Shown in pieces: positions 47,653-57,399 of a stretch of DNA of 64,000 bases (positions are counted from its first letter, which is position 1; each line of letters opens with the position of its first letter). The notes beneath the pieces were generated by a model. That model was given only the letters and a program-made list of their open reading frames with translations, was not told where the DNA came from and made no database searches. The position numbers and the translations under genes are program-made. Source of the stretch: Escherichia phage KKP 3954; sequence record OR067838.1; one strand, 5' to 3'.

Positions 47653-49893
47653 TTGATTCGTTTTGTAACTAAATCTAATGGTAAGACAGAGGAGTTTAAC
47701 CCAGAAAAACTTCGCAAGTGGTCTGAATTTGCAGCAGGTAAACTAAACTGGTCTGAAATTGAATTAGAAGCTGTGAAGCGGTGTTATGACGGTGTGTCTA
47801 CACGTGATCTGCATAAAGCAATGATTGCAGCGTGTATTGACAAGAAAACACAAGCTTACAGTGATATGGCAGGAAGACTTCTTCTAGGTATGATTTACAA
47901 ACAGGCTCATGGGGGATACCACAGTATCCCTTCACTGAATACCTTTTATCATGATATGGTAGAACGTGGACACTGGGCTAAAATGGATTATACTGATGAA
48001 GAGATCAAAGAAATCGGTAAGATTGTAAAGCATAATAAAAATCTAACTTATGGTTATTCTGTTTTACGTCAGATGGTAGATAAATATCTTATTCGAGATG
48101 CAGTAAACGATGTGGTGCATGAGTCTCCACAGTTTCTTTTCATTGGTATCGCAATGAAGGTTATGGAGATCCAACCAAAAGAACGCCGTATAGAAGATAT
48201 TAAAAAACTTTATACTTATGTTAGCGATCTTAAGATTAATCTGCCATCGCCGTATCTGACAACTCTACGAACTCCAATCAAAGGAAGTGCGTCTTGTTGT
48301 TTATTCCGTGCAGATGATACGGCAGAGTCTTTAGCCATTGCTAATTACTTAGCTCATGAGTATACATTGAATAACGCAGGTATTGGTGTTAATCTTCAAA
48401 CTCGTGCCACAGGTCAAGGTGTTAAGAATAATCGTATTATTCACGGTGGTCTTCTTCCGTATCTGAAATGGATGGAAGATAGTGTTGGAGCTTCAAAGCA
48501 AGCAAGCCGTGGAGGTAGTGCTACAGTTACCTTTACCATACTTGAACCAGACTTCGACGATCTGATTCGACTGAAGAATCCAACAACACCTATAGATAAA
48601 CGAGTGGATAAACTAGATTATTCTATTGTTGTTAACCGTTCGTTCTTGCGTCGAGCAGCAAAAAACGAAGACTGGATGTTAGTTAGTTGTGATGATGCTC
48701 CTGAACTTTATGAAGCTTTATATAAAAGTGAAGAAGAGTTTGATGCAGTTTATGACAAAGTAAGTCGTCGTCGCATTAAGAAAAAATTTGTTAAGGCTCG
48801 TGATCTTCTGACAGAGATTATTGTTCAACGTGCAGAAACAGGACGTATTTACATGTTCTTTGCTGACAACGTTAACAACCATACACCTTTCTTGGATACG
48901 GTGTATCAATCAAACCTGTGTCAAGAGATCTTCTTGCCAACTAAAGCTTTCCACAGTATGCCGGATCTCTTTACTGGTGAGAATACAGAAGATCAAGAAT
49001 TGGCTTTATGCTTCTTATCTTCTATTGTTGCTGGTCGTGTATTACCTGAAGAATATGAGGATGTTGCATACTACACTGTATTGACAATTGACAACGTTAT
49101 TGAAACAATGGATTATCCATTTAAACATAACGAAATAACTGCTAAAGCACGTAGATCTATTGGTGTAGGTATTACAAACTTAGCGCATTACTTGGCAAGT
49201 AATTTTGTAAATTATTCAGATGCTTATGCTAAAAAATTAATGCATGAACTTGCAGAACGTCATTACTTTTGGTTGGCAAAAGCCTCTCTGCGTCTGGCTA
49301 AGGAAAAAGGTAATGCGGAATGGATCGATAAGACAAAATGGCCTCAAGGTTGGCTACCAATTGACACCTATGCTAAAACAGTAGATAGTATCGGTAATTT
49401 TGATCTTAAAATGGACTGGGAAGGCTTACGTGCTGAAATCATTGAACAAGGTGGTATCCGTAACAGTGTATTGGCTGCTATTGCACCTAATGAGTCCAGC
49501 AGTTTGGTAAGCAATACTACTAACTCTCTGTATCCTGTTCGTGATACCATTATGTATAAACAAAGTCAGAAAGGTAGTGTATTATTTATTGTTCCAGACT
49601 ACGAAAAACTGAAAATGTTCTACCAATCTGCCTGGGATACTCCGGCTAAAGACCTTGCAGAAATGTATGGTATCTTTACCAAGTTTACTGACCAAGGAAT
49701 TTCTTGTGATTCTTGGCTAGATTATTCTAAATTGGTAGGTGGACGTTTATCCGTGAAAGCTGAGATGCAGTTTATTTTGAATTTTGCTAGACTGGGTGGC
49801 AAATCATTGTATTACCTTAATAGTAGAACAAAATCAGCAGACTCTTTAGCACAAGAAGATTCTGATGGTGGTTGTGAAGCTTGCAAGATGTGA
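47653..49893 (+). CDS. nrdA: ribonucleoside-diphosphate reductase alpha subunit
   Basis: 746 aa, N-terminal ATP-cone, class I RNR large-subunit length and C-terminal Cys pair. Confidence 0.9.
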   Translation: MIRFVTKSNGKTEEFNPEKLRKWSEFAAGKLNWSEIELEAVKRCYDGVSTRDLHKAMIAACIDKKTQAYSDMAGRLLLGMIYKQAHGGYHSIPSLNTFYHDMVERGHWAKMDYTDEEIKEIGKIVKHNKNLTYGYSVLRQMVDKYLIRDAVNDVVHESPQFLFIGIAMKVMEIQPKERRIEDIKKLYTYVSDLKINLPSPYLTTLRTPIKGSASCCLFRADDTAESLAIANYLAHEYTLNNAGIGVNLQTRATGQGVKNNRIIHGGLLPYLKWMEDSVGASKQASRGGSATVTFTILEPDFDDLIRLKNPTTPIDKRVDKLDYSIVVNRSFLRRAAKNEDWMLVSCDDAPELYEALYKSEEEFDAVYDKVSRRRIKKKFVKARDLLTEIIVQRAETGRIYMFFADNVNNHTPFLDTVYQSNLCQEIFLPTKAFHSMPDLFTGENTEDQELALCFLSSIVAGRVLPEEYEDVAYYTVLTIDNVIETMDYPFKHNEITAKARRSIGVGITNLAHYLASNFVNYSDAYAKKLMHELAERHYFWLAKASLRLAKEKGNAEWIDKTKWPQGWLPIDTYAKTVDSIGNFDLKMDWEGLRAEIIEQGGIRNSVLAAIAPNESSSLVSNTTNSLYPVRDTIMYKQSQKGSVLFIVPDYEKLKMFYQSAWDTPAKDLAEMYGIFTKFTDQGISCDSWLDYSKLVGGRLSVKAEMQFILNFARLGGKSLYYLNSRTKSADSLAQEDSDGGCEACKM

Positions 49894-49900
49894 TGAAACT

Positions 49901-49922
49901 AGGGGCTTCGGCCCCTTTTTAT
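49901..49922 (+). terminator. rho-independent terminator
   Basis: AGGGGC-TTCG-GCCCCT plus TTTTT. Confidence 0.6.
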
Positions 49923-49937
49923 TGAGGAGAATTTTAA

Positions 49938-51026
49938 ATGGCAGCAATTAATTTACACAATGAAGTTTACAAAACAGGAAAATATCCAGTATTTTTAGGG
50001 GAACAATTAGGGATCTTTGATTCTGTTAACGTAACTTATCCAGAGATGCACAAACTCTACAAACTTCAAAAAGCACAAGATTGGGATGAGAATGAAGTCA
50101 ATCTGGATCAGACACGTAAAGATTTCGTAGCTTGTTCTAAAAACAACTATGATGTTATGATTAAAAACTTATCGTTCCAATGGGAAAATGATTCTCTTGC
50201 AAAATCAATCATCACTTTGTTCTCTCCATTCTTGAGTAACAATGAAGCCTGTGCTATGATGATGAAGCAGAGTGAAATGGAAGTTCTCCATGCGTTAACG
50301 TATTCTGAAATAATCCGTCAATGTACTCCAGATCCAATCGAAGTCATCAATCAGATTATGATTAATGATAAAATTTTCAATCGTATGGGTATCATTGCTG
50401 ATATCATGGGTCAGTTGGAAGAAGCTGGTCATAAGTATGCTCTAGGATTGATTGAAGCTAACGATGAACTTCGACTGCTGATTCTTAAAGGGATGGTAGC
50501 CCTGATTGGATTAGAAGGTATTCAGTTTATATCTTCCTTCTCTGCTACTTTTGCTATGGCAGAACAACAACTGTTTGTTGGGGCTTGTAAACTGATCCAG
50601 AAAATTATGCTAGATGAAATCTTGCATGTTAAGATGGATTATGCTGTAATTGATGCATTGATGCATGACCCAATTTGGCGTAAAATTTACGAAGACAATA
50701 TTGAAGAGTTGACTTTGATCCTCGACACTGTTGTTGAACAAGAGGAACAGTGGTGTGACTACCTGTTTAGTGAAGGTCGTTTTATTGTAGGTCTTAACGC
50801 CGAATTGTCTAAACAGTGGGTTTATTTCAATGCTGCTCCTATTTATCGTCGATTGAAAATGAAAGCCAAGTTTAAAGCACCTAAACATAGCCCTTTAGCT
50901 TGGATGGAAAAATGGTTGAATCCTGATTTGATTCAGTCAGCAGCCCAAGAGATTCAGTTAACTAACTACAAATTGAATTCAGCTAACAAAGATCTCTCTG
51001 ATGATGAGGAGCTTGACTTCGAATGA
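49938..51026 (+). CDS. nrdB: ribonucleoside-diphosphate reductase beta subunit
   Basis: 362 aa directly after nrdA, diiron/tyrosyl-radical subunit architecture. Confidence 0.85.
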   Translation: MAAINLHNEVYKTGKYPVFLGEQLGIFDSVNVTYPEMHKLYKLQKAQDWDENEVNLDQTRKDFVACSKNNYDVMIKNLSFQWENDSLAKSIITLFSPFLSNNEACAMMMKQSEMEVLHALTYSEIIRQCTPDPIEVINQIMINDKIFNRMGIIADIMGQLEEAGHKYALGLIEANDELRLLILKGMVALIGLEGIQFISSFSATFAMAEQQLFVGACKLIQKIMLDEILHVKMDYAVIDALMHDPIWRKIYEDNIEELTLILDTVVEQEEQWCDYLFSEGRFIVGLNAELSKQWVYFNAAPIYRRLKMKAKFKAPKHSPLAWMEKWLNPDLIQSAAQEIQLTNYKLNSANKDLSDDEELDFE

Positions 51027-51232
51027 TTTTGAAATGTGTTGGTATAATCGACACATTCAAAGACGTTTTTGATAAAGGGGCTTCTTATGAAGCCTCTGAA
51101 ATGAAGAATGGTTTTTGTGATGTATTCGGTAAACGCCTGAAGAAAAACGGCGATCCTTGGCTAGGAGTTATGTCTTGTGGTCATATTATTGTAAATGGTG
51201 TTGCCAAATTTGAAATAATTAAGGAGGAATAG
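51023..51232 (+). CDS. hypothetical protein
   Basis: 69-aa ORF. Confidence 0.3.
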   Translation: MILKCVGIIDTFKDVFDKGASYEASEMKNGFCDVFGKRLKKNGDPWLGVMSCGHIIVNGVAKFEIIKEE

Positions 51233-51384
51233 TGGCTGAAAAACTTATTTTTTGTCCTGTGTGCGGTGGGACGGGACAGATGGAAGTGGAAATTATGGTA
51301 ACATTTCCTTGCCTGAATTGTCATGGTGAGGGACGAGTAGTAGTCTTTGAAAAAGAAGGGTTGGAGGTAGAAGATGGAGAGTGA
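51232..51384 (+). CDS. zinc-ribbon small protein
   Basis: GTG start after AAGGAGG; CPVCGG and CLNCHG; below track cutoff. Confidence 0.3.
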   Translation: MAEKLIFCPVCGGTGQMEVEIMVTFPCLNCHGEGRVVVFEKEGLEVEDGE

Positions 51385-51527
51385 AAAAGAGTATGTCCGC
51401 ATTCCACGAGAATTAACAGATCACATTGCAGAAGCAATAGCTTTCGAAGCTAGATGTTGTGGAGGTATTGCTTACGATATTTATGAAGCAATTATTAAAG
51501 CTGCTCAAGAAGAGGAGGAGATGAATA

Positions 51528-51854
51528 ATGGGTATTGATATCGAATGGCGTATGTTACAGGGTGCACCATATGATAAATGGAAAGAAATATTTGGAGACG
51601 ACCCACAAGTTGAAGACCAGTTCGATGGGGACTTTAATTGGTTTCTCTGCGAAGGTTTGGGCTTGGAAAACATTTCCCCGTGGTACGATGCAGATCCTGA
51701 AGATTGTGTCTTCGGTGTCAAGCTGTGTAGCGGTTGTGGTGCTTGTGCCATAGACCTCACAAGCTTAAATAAAAAAGCAAATGAGATCTATTTTGAACTA
51801 CTTAATAAGTATAATATTGAAACTGAAACATTAGTGTCACAAAACGTCTGGTAA
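51528..51854 (+). CDS. hypothetical protein
   Basis: 108 aa with CSGCGAC motif. Confidence 0.3.
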   Translation: MGIDIEWRMLQGAPYDKWKEIFGDDPQVEDQFDGDFNWFLCEGLGLENISPWYDADPEDCVFGVKLCSGCGACAIDLTSLNKKANEIYFELLNKYNIETETLVSQNVW

Positions 51855-51863
51855 GGAGAACTG

Positions 51864-52349
51864 ATGCGCTATCTGGTAACAGGTGGTCTTGGTTTTATTG
51901 GGAGCGCCGTGGTGCGCTCTCTTTGTCAAGATCCTAATAACGAAGTTTTTATCATTGATAAAATGGGTTATGCAGCAGACATTGAGAATGTAGGTGATAT
52001 CACTCACGCTAAACTAAGCATGACAGATTTGGCAAACGAAGCCCAGGTCAAAAGTTTAGTAGTAGAGTGCAATCCCGATTTCATCATTCACTTAGCGGCA
52101 GAGAGCCATGTGGATAATTCTATCAAGAATCCACGAGCTTTCATCGACTCCAATATTATTGGTACATACAATTTATTGGAAGCTGCAAGGCTCCTCCCAA
52201 AGAATAAACTGAAGATGTTCATACACGTCTCCACAGACGAAGTGTATACGGTGATATGGCAGACTCTGGCGTTCCCTTTACCGAAGAGACAGCTTATGCC
52301 CCTTCAAGCCCGTACAGTGCGTCTAAGGCAGCATCTGACCATCTTGTGA
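51864..52349 (+). CDS. rmlB: dTDP-glucose 4,6-dehydratase, N-terminal fragment
   Basis: Rossmann GGLGFIGS; reads through HVSTDEVY then leaves frame. Confidence 0.75.
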   Translation: MRYLVTGGLGFIGSAVVRSLCQDPNNEVFIIDKMGYAADIENVGDITHAKLSMTDLANEAQVKSLVVECNPDFIIHLAAESHVDNSIKNPRAFIDSNIIGTYNLLEAARLLPKNKLKMFIHVSTDEVYTVIWQTLAFPLPKRQLMPLQARTVRLRQHLTIL

Positions 52350-52858
52350 AAGCTTGGCACCGTACCTACGATTTACCTGTTGTGATAACCAACTGCTCCA
52401 ATAACTTTGGACCCTATCAACATCCAGAAAAGCTGATCCCAAAAATCATCACAAGTATCTTGACGAATAAAGAGATTCCGGTGTATGGTAAAGGCGATCA
52501 GGTGCGAGACTGGCTTTTTGTTGAGGATCATGCGCGAGCTATTCTTCAAGTGGCAACAGGTGGAGAACCAGGTAAAACGTATAATGTGGGAACACGTAAT
52601 CCCAAAACCAATATGGAGATCATCTATATGGTTTGTGACTACATGGATGCTGTACATCCAGAAGCAGGAACCTACCCTTCTTCCAACTTGATAACTTTTG
52701 TTGAAGATCGTAAAGGGCATGACTTGCGTTATGAAATCAATCCTTCTAAGATAGAGTTTGAACTGGGTTGGAGTGCAAACTCTACATTTGAACAAGATCT
52801 CTACTCAACGATTGAATGGTACTTAAACAACCCTCAATGGTGGAGTGGGAAGATTTAA
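52256..52858 (+). CDS. rmlB: dTDP-glucose 4,6-dehydratase, C-terminal fragment
   Basis: Continues VYGDMADSG...[13 protein letters not shown] (YxxxK) in shifted frame. Confidence 0.75.
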   Translation: MADSGVPFTEETAYAPSSPYSASKAASDHLVKAWHRTYDLPVVITNCSNNFGPYQHPEKLIPKIITSILTNKEIPVYGKGDQVRDWLFVEDHARAILQVATGGEPGKTYNVGTRNPKTNMEIIYMVCDYMDAVHPEAGTYPSSNLITFVEDRKGHDLRYEINPSKIEFELGWSANSTFEQDLYSTIEWYLNNPQWWSGKI

Positions 52859-52866
52859 GGAGGGCT

Positions 52867-53745
52867 ATGAAAGGTATTATTTTGGCGGGAGGAAGTGGAA
52901 CCCGCCTTCATCCGGTAACACGCAGTGTGAGCAAGCAATTGCTCCCTGTGTATGACAAACCCATGATCTACTACCCTTTATCGGTATTGATGTTGGCTGA
53001 CATTAAGGATATCTTAATCATTACCACACCAGGCGATCAGGAAGACTTTGAGTATCTTCTCGGAGATGGGTCTATGTTTGGGATAAAACTCACTTACGCA
53101 ATCCAATCCGAGCCACGAGGTCTTGCGGACGCTTTCATCATCGGTAAAGATTTTATCGGAGAAGACTCTGTTGCTCTTATTTTAGGTGACAACCTATTCT
53201 TCGGACAAAGCTTTGGTAAACTACTGATTAACGCCAGTGAGATGGTAGATGTTTGTGGCGGAGCTTGTATCTTCGGGTATTTGGTGAAAGATCCTGAACG
53301 ATTCGGTGTGGTTGAATTTGGGAGTAATCGTCAAGCTATTTCTATTGAAGAGAAACCTGAAAATCCTAAATCAGATTATGCTGTCACAGGTTTGTATTTC
53401 TATGATAACTCTGTTGTTCAACGTGCATTAGAAGTAACCCCTTCCGCGCGTGGAGAACTGGAGATCACAGATATCAATCGCAGCTACCTCGAAGACAGGA
53501 AGTTACAAGTGGAAGTTCTCGGACGAGGATTTACTTGGCTTGACACAGGAACACACGCCAGTCTGATGGAAGCTGGTCAATTCGTGCAGACTATTGAGAA
53601 CCGTCAAGGATTGAAGATTGCGTGCCTGGAAGAAATTGCTTTCAAAAAAGGGTGGATTTCTTTAGAGACTTTGTTGTATCATGGAAACTCACTGAAGAAA
53701 ACAGAATACGGGCAATACCTACTCAAATTAGCGGAGAGAAAATGA
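52867..53745 (+). CDS. rmlA: glucose-1-phosphate thymidylyltransferase
   Basis: [32 protein letters not shown], near-identical blocks to enterobacterial RfbA. Confidence 0.9.
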   Translation: MKGIILAGGSGTRLHPVTRSVSKQLLPVYDKPMIYYPLSVLMLADIKDILIITTPGDQEDFEYLLGDGSMFGIKLTYAIQSEPRGLADAFIIGKDFIGEDSVALILGDNLFFGQSFGKLLINASEMVDVCGGACIFGYLVKDPERFGVVEFGSNRQAISIEEKPENPKSDYAVTGLYFYDNSVVQRALEVTPSARGELEITDINRSYLEDRKLQVEVLGRGFTWLDTGTHASLMEAGQFVQTIENRQGLKIACLEEIAFKKGWISLETLLYHGNSLKKTEYGQYLLKLAERK

Positions 53746-54308
53746 AAGTAGAAAAAACAAAAATTGAAGGTGCGGTAATTATCAAACCAGACGTTTATAA
53801 AGATGATCGTGGTTTCTTTTTAGAAACATATAATGAACAAAAATACGAAGATATCATTGGTAGACAAACTTTCGTTCAAGATAACATGTCTAAATCAAAC
53901 TTCGGTGTTTTGCGAGGAATGCACTTTCAAACAAATAATCCGCAAGGTAAGCTTGTTCGTTGTGTAAGTGGGGAAGTATTGGATTTCGCTGTAGACCTAC
54001 GTAAAGATAGTCCTACTTACGGTGCTTGGGACGGTGTTGTTCTTCGTGCACGACACCATACACAGTTCTGGCTTCCACCTGGTTTGGCACATGGTTTTAT
54101 AGTGCTGAGTATGGATGCTATCTTCGAATACAAATGCACAACTCCATACGACCCTTCCAGCGAACAAAGTTTACGTTGGGATGATCCTGATATAGGGATT
54201 GATTGGGGCTTCGATATGATTTTTGACGAAGATTTTAAACCTATCTTATCAACAAAAGATGCAATGGCTAAGTCTTTTCAACAGCTACGTAGCGAGGGTG
54301 TATGCTAA
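53742..54308 (+). CDS. rmlC: dTDP-4-dehydrorhamnose 3,5-epimerase
   Basis: ATG overlaps rmlA stop; RGMHFQ cupin motif. Confidence 0.8.
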   Translation: MKVEKTKIEGAVIIKPDVYKDDRGFFLETYNEQKYEDIIGRQTFVQDNMSKSNFGVLRGMHFQTNNPQGKLVRCVSGEVLDFAVDLRKDSPTYGAWDGVVLRARHHTQFWLPPGLAHGFIVLSMDAIFEYKCTTPYDPSSEQSLRWDDPDIGIDWGFDMIFDEDFKPILSTKDAMAKSFQQLRSEGVC

Positions 54309-55144
54309 CATATCTGGTATTGGGTGGTAATGGACAACTGGGACAAGCTTTACGTAAAGTGGCTCCTTCAAATGTGTCTTTAATTTATCCTAAAGAACGT
54401 GTAGATATTACAAATTTTGAAGCTGTGCGAAACGCTATTGTTGAAGATTATGTAGATGGTGTTATTAATTGCGCTGCTTATACGGCTGTAGATAAAGCAG
54501 AACATGATTTTGCTACTGCTTTGGCTGTTAATGCCTATGGCCCTGCAAATACTGCGGCAGTGTGCAGCAAACTTAAAATTGATTTTGTGCATATTTCTAC
54601 AGACTATATTTTTAATTATTCTCATCCTATTTTTGAAGATACTACACCTAACCCAATAAACAATTATGGGTATACGAAAGAACTTGGTGAAAAAATGGTG
54701 CGAGGAGTTAACCCAAATGCATATATTATTCGAACAGCCTCGGTATATAGCGAATTTGGAAATAACTTTCTAAAAACCATGTTGTCTCGCTATAATGATG
54801 GACAACGTGATTTTATTATTGTTGCTGATCAGTTCTCTTGTCCAACATATGCCCCAGATTTAGCAGAAGCTATTTTTGAAGTATTAAAAACAGGTTGGTC
54901 AAGATCTGTAAAGACTTACCATTTTGCAGGAAGCCATCTTATTTCTTGGGCGGAGTTTGCGGAAAAGATCTTGACACAGATGCCAGAACCTGTTAAGATA
55001 TCGGCGGTATCAGCTTCAACCTATAATGCTCCAGCAGCACGTCCGGTGAAGTCACAATTAGTAACCAGTCACTATCTTACAAAATCAGATTTAAATAAAG
55101 GTATTGAACGGTCTTTAGCAGTATTACTTAATAAGGAGAGGTAA
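54302..55144 (+). CDS. rmlD: dTDP-4-dehydrorhamnose reductase
   Basis: 280 aa, N-terminal GGNGQLG Rossmann motif, operon position. Confidence 0.75.
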   Translation: MLTYLVLGGNGQLGQALRKVAPSNVSLIYPKERVDITNFEAVRNAIVEDYVDGVINCAAYTAVDKAEHDFATALAVNAYGPANTAAVCSKLKIDFVHISTDYIFNYSHPIFEDTTPNPINNYGYTKELGEKMVRGVNPNAYIIRTASVYSEFGNNFLKTMLSRYNDGQRDFIIVADQFSCPTYAPDLAEAIFEVLKTGWSRSVKTYHFAGSHLISWAEFAEKILTQMPEPVKISAVSASTYNAPAARPVKSQLVTSHYLTKSDLNKGIERSLAVLLNKER

Positions 55145-55404
55145 TGGAATTTGTAATTTTTGGTAAACCTAACTGTCAATTTTGCGAAATGTCAAAACAA
55201 CTATTAACCATGCGCAATAAACAGTTTGAATATTTAAGTCTTGACCAAGACTACGATTTAGAATCAATGACTAAAACAGTTGTTGATCTTACCGGAGTTC
55301 CTCCACGCACATTTCCACAAATTCTGTCTGAAGTGAACGGGGAGGTAACATACGTAGGCGGTTTTACCGAACTGCGTGATCTCATGGCTCAAATTGCGGA
55401 GTAA
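55144..55404 (+). CDS. glutaredoxin-like protein (NrdH/NrdC type)
   Basis: 86 aa with CQFC active site. Confidence 0.7.
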   Translation: MEFVIFGKPNCQFCEMSKQLLTMRNKQFEYLSLDQDYDLESMTKTVVDLTGVPPRTFPQILSEVNGEVTYVGGFTELRDLMAQIAE

Positions 55405-55409
55405 CAATT

Positions 55410-55559
55410 ATGAAAAGTAAACAGAAACGTAAGATCTTTTCTCGTGCTTTGGCAAATGAGCTGAAGTCCAACATAAAGAAAACGAAACCAAAACGTGAAA
55501 CTTCTCCAGAACACCTGTTGTTTAACGAGTTGGATCACGGAGTAGGAGACGACGAATAG
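55410..55559 (+). CDS. small basic protein
   Basis: 49-aa Lys/Arg-rich ORF, below track cutoff. Confidence 0.2.
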   Translation: MKSKQKRKIFSRALANELKSNIKKTKPKRETSPEHLLFNELDHGVGDDE

Positions 55560-55566
55560 GAAGTAA

Positions 55567-56067
55567 ATGGCTAAAGTAGTAGATGAGTTTGATATGCTAC
55601 GAGTCGATGAAGGACTGAAGCTTACTGTTTATCAAGACCATCTTGGTTATTGGACAGTCGGCATAGGACACCTTCTGACTAAAATAAAAGATAAAGCAAA
55701 GGCTATTCAAATCTTAGATAATCTCCTTGGTCGTAAGACCAATGGAGTTATCACAGAAAAAGAAGCCCGTCAAATCTTTGCTGACGATGTTGCAAAAGTG
55801 AAGAGAGACATAAAAAACAGTGCTATCTTATCACCAATCTATGATAAGGTGAGTGATACTCGTAAATTGGGAATAATCAACATGGTTTTCCAGTTGGGGT
55901 TAAAAGGTGCTGAAGGGTTTCAAAATAGCTTGACTTTAATCAGCAATGCATATTATACTCAAGCAGGTAAAAACATGCGTAAAAGCCGATGGTATAGCCA
56001 GACGCCAAACCGTGCTGAACGAGTAATTAAAGTTCTGACTTCTGGAACTTTAGATGCTTACAACTAA
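55567..56067 (+). CDS. endolysin, T4 lysozyme (gpe) family
   Basis: DEGLKLTVYQDHLGYWTVGIGHLL matches T4 lysozyme catalytic region. Confidence 0.85.
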   Translation: MAKVVDEFDMLRVDEGLKLTVYQDHLGYWTVGIGHLLTKIKDKAKAIQILDNLLGRKTNGVITEKEARQIFADDVAKVKRDIKNSAILSPIYDKVSDTRKLGIINMVFQLGLKGAEGFQNSLTLISNAYYTQAGKNMRKSRWYSQTPNRAERVIKVLTSGTLDAYN

Positions 56068-56104
56068 TAAAGGGGCTTCGGCCCCTTCTAAAAGGAGTGC
56101 TACT

Positions 56105-56863
56105 ATGGGAAATAAAACCGCAGCTAAAACACAACGGCAGAAACTGGCTAATTCAGCAAAGATTGAAAGCCGTTATGCAGCAAAAGCGGTAGGTAATGAC
56201 GATTACCGTTTAGATGAATTTATGCCTGAAGGGGACCAAAATAAGATTGTTCAAAGCATGATTTGGAATGATCTGACTGTTGTAAATGCTCCGGCAGGGA
56301 CTGGTAAAACCTCTGTTGCTTTATGGAAAGCTTTGCAGATGCTTCGTTCAGGAGACTTCCGTAAACTACTTTTTATCAAGAACCCTACTGAAGTCGGAGA
56401 TGATCAGATTGGTTTCTTGTCTGGGGATAAAACAGATAAACTAGCAGCACACTATGAATCTACAAAACGTATTTTCCAGCAATTCATGACAGCCAACAAA
56501 TTGGAAAACGATATTGGATCAGGTAAGATCGAATTGAATATTCCTAACTATTTGTTGGGAGCTACCCTGGATAATACAATTGTCATTATTGACGAAGCAC
56601 AACTTATGTCAACAGAAACACTTAAACTTCTTATTGAACGTGCAGGTATTAATACGCATGTTATTGTATTAGGCGATGTTCGCCAGACATATGCAATTAA
56701 AAAACGTAGCAATGGTCTGCATCAAATTTTGGAACTTTTATATCCAGAAAATGAAGAAGGTGTTCGTGAGCCAATTGTAGATTTTATTGGATATGTTGAA
56801 CTGACAACGGACGATAATAAACGTGGACGTTTGTCTAAACTGATTACTGAAGTGTTTATTTAA
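56105..56863 (+). CDS. phoH: PhoH-like ATPase
   Basis: Walker A APAGTGKT and Walker B IIDEAQ; ATG with RBS (track uses upstream alt start 56054). Confidence 0.8.
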   Translation: MGNKTAAKTQRQKLANSAKIESRYAAKAVGNDDYRLDEFMPEGDQNKIVQSMIWNDLTVVNAPAGTGKTSVALWKALQMLRSGDFRKLLFIKNPTEVGDDQIGFLSGDKTDKLAAHYESTKRIFQQFMTANKLENDIGSGKIELNIPNYLLGATLDNTIVIIDEAQLMSTETLKLLIERAGINTHVIVLGDVRQTYAIKKRSNGLHQILELLYPENEEGVREPIVDFIGYVELTTDDNKRGRLSKLITEVFI

Positions 56864-56898
56864 TAACGTGGCAGGGAAGCCATTTATAAGGAGGATTG

Positions 56899-57399
56899 AT
56901 GGGTGTAGCAACAATAGCTATCGGAAGAAGCGGTATAGATGAGTGCTATCAAACGGGACTCGTAAAACCTAACGAATTTCGTCAAATTTGTGTAAACCAT
57001 ATTGAAAAAGAGATTGCTCTTACTTTAGAGAATATGACCCTCCGAGATAAACTGGAAATGTTTAAATGTTGGTGTCTAGGAGAAGATTGGCTTTTAAACC
57101 ATTTTCAAGAACTTTCTGATAGTAAAGAAAGCTTGTTTGATTGTATAATAGGAATAGCTGGCTCCGATCCTAGCCTTCTGCACATAACAGAAGAAGAGGC
57201 GAAGTTACTGTTCTTAAGTAATTTGTTTAATAAGAAAGCACTGCTTGTTCGTGATTGCAGTGATCTTCTTAATAACCCGCTCGCAACGTCTGATCAAATT
57301 TTTGTTGACAAAGAGACACTACGTGCGATAGAATACATCTGCAAATATGTGAATGGCGGGAAAGCGGTTCTTAAAACATTAACAGAGGAGGAAGAATAG
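56899..57399 (+). CDS. hypothetical protein upstream of HslV-like gene
   Basis: 167 aa, translationally coupled to next gene. Confidence 0.3.
   Translation: MGVATIAIGRSGIDECYQTGLVKPNEFRQICVNHIEKEIALTLENMTLRDKLEMFKCWCLGEDWLLNHFQELSDSKESLFDCIIGIAGSDPSLLHITEEEAKLLFLSNLFNKKALLVRDCSDLLNNPLATSDQIFVDKETLRAIEYICKYVNGGKAVLKTLTEEEE

Noticed and set aside
56071-56086. Hairpin AGGGGCTTCGGCCCCT after the lysozyme gene as a terminator.
   Set aside because: No U-tract follows and the PhoH RBS begins immediately; more likely an RNA stability element.
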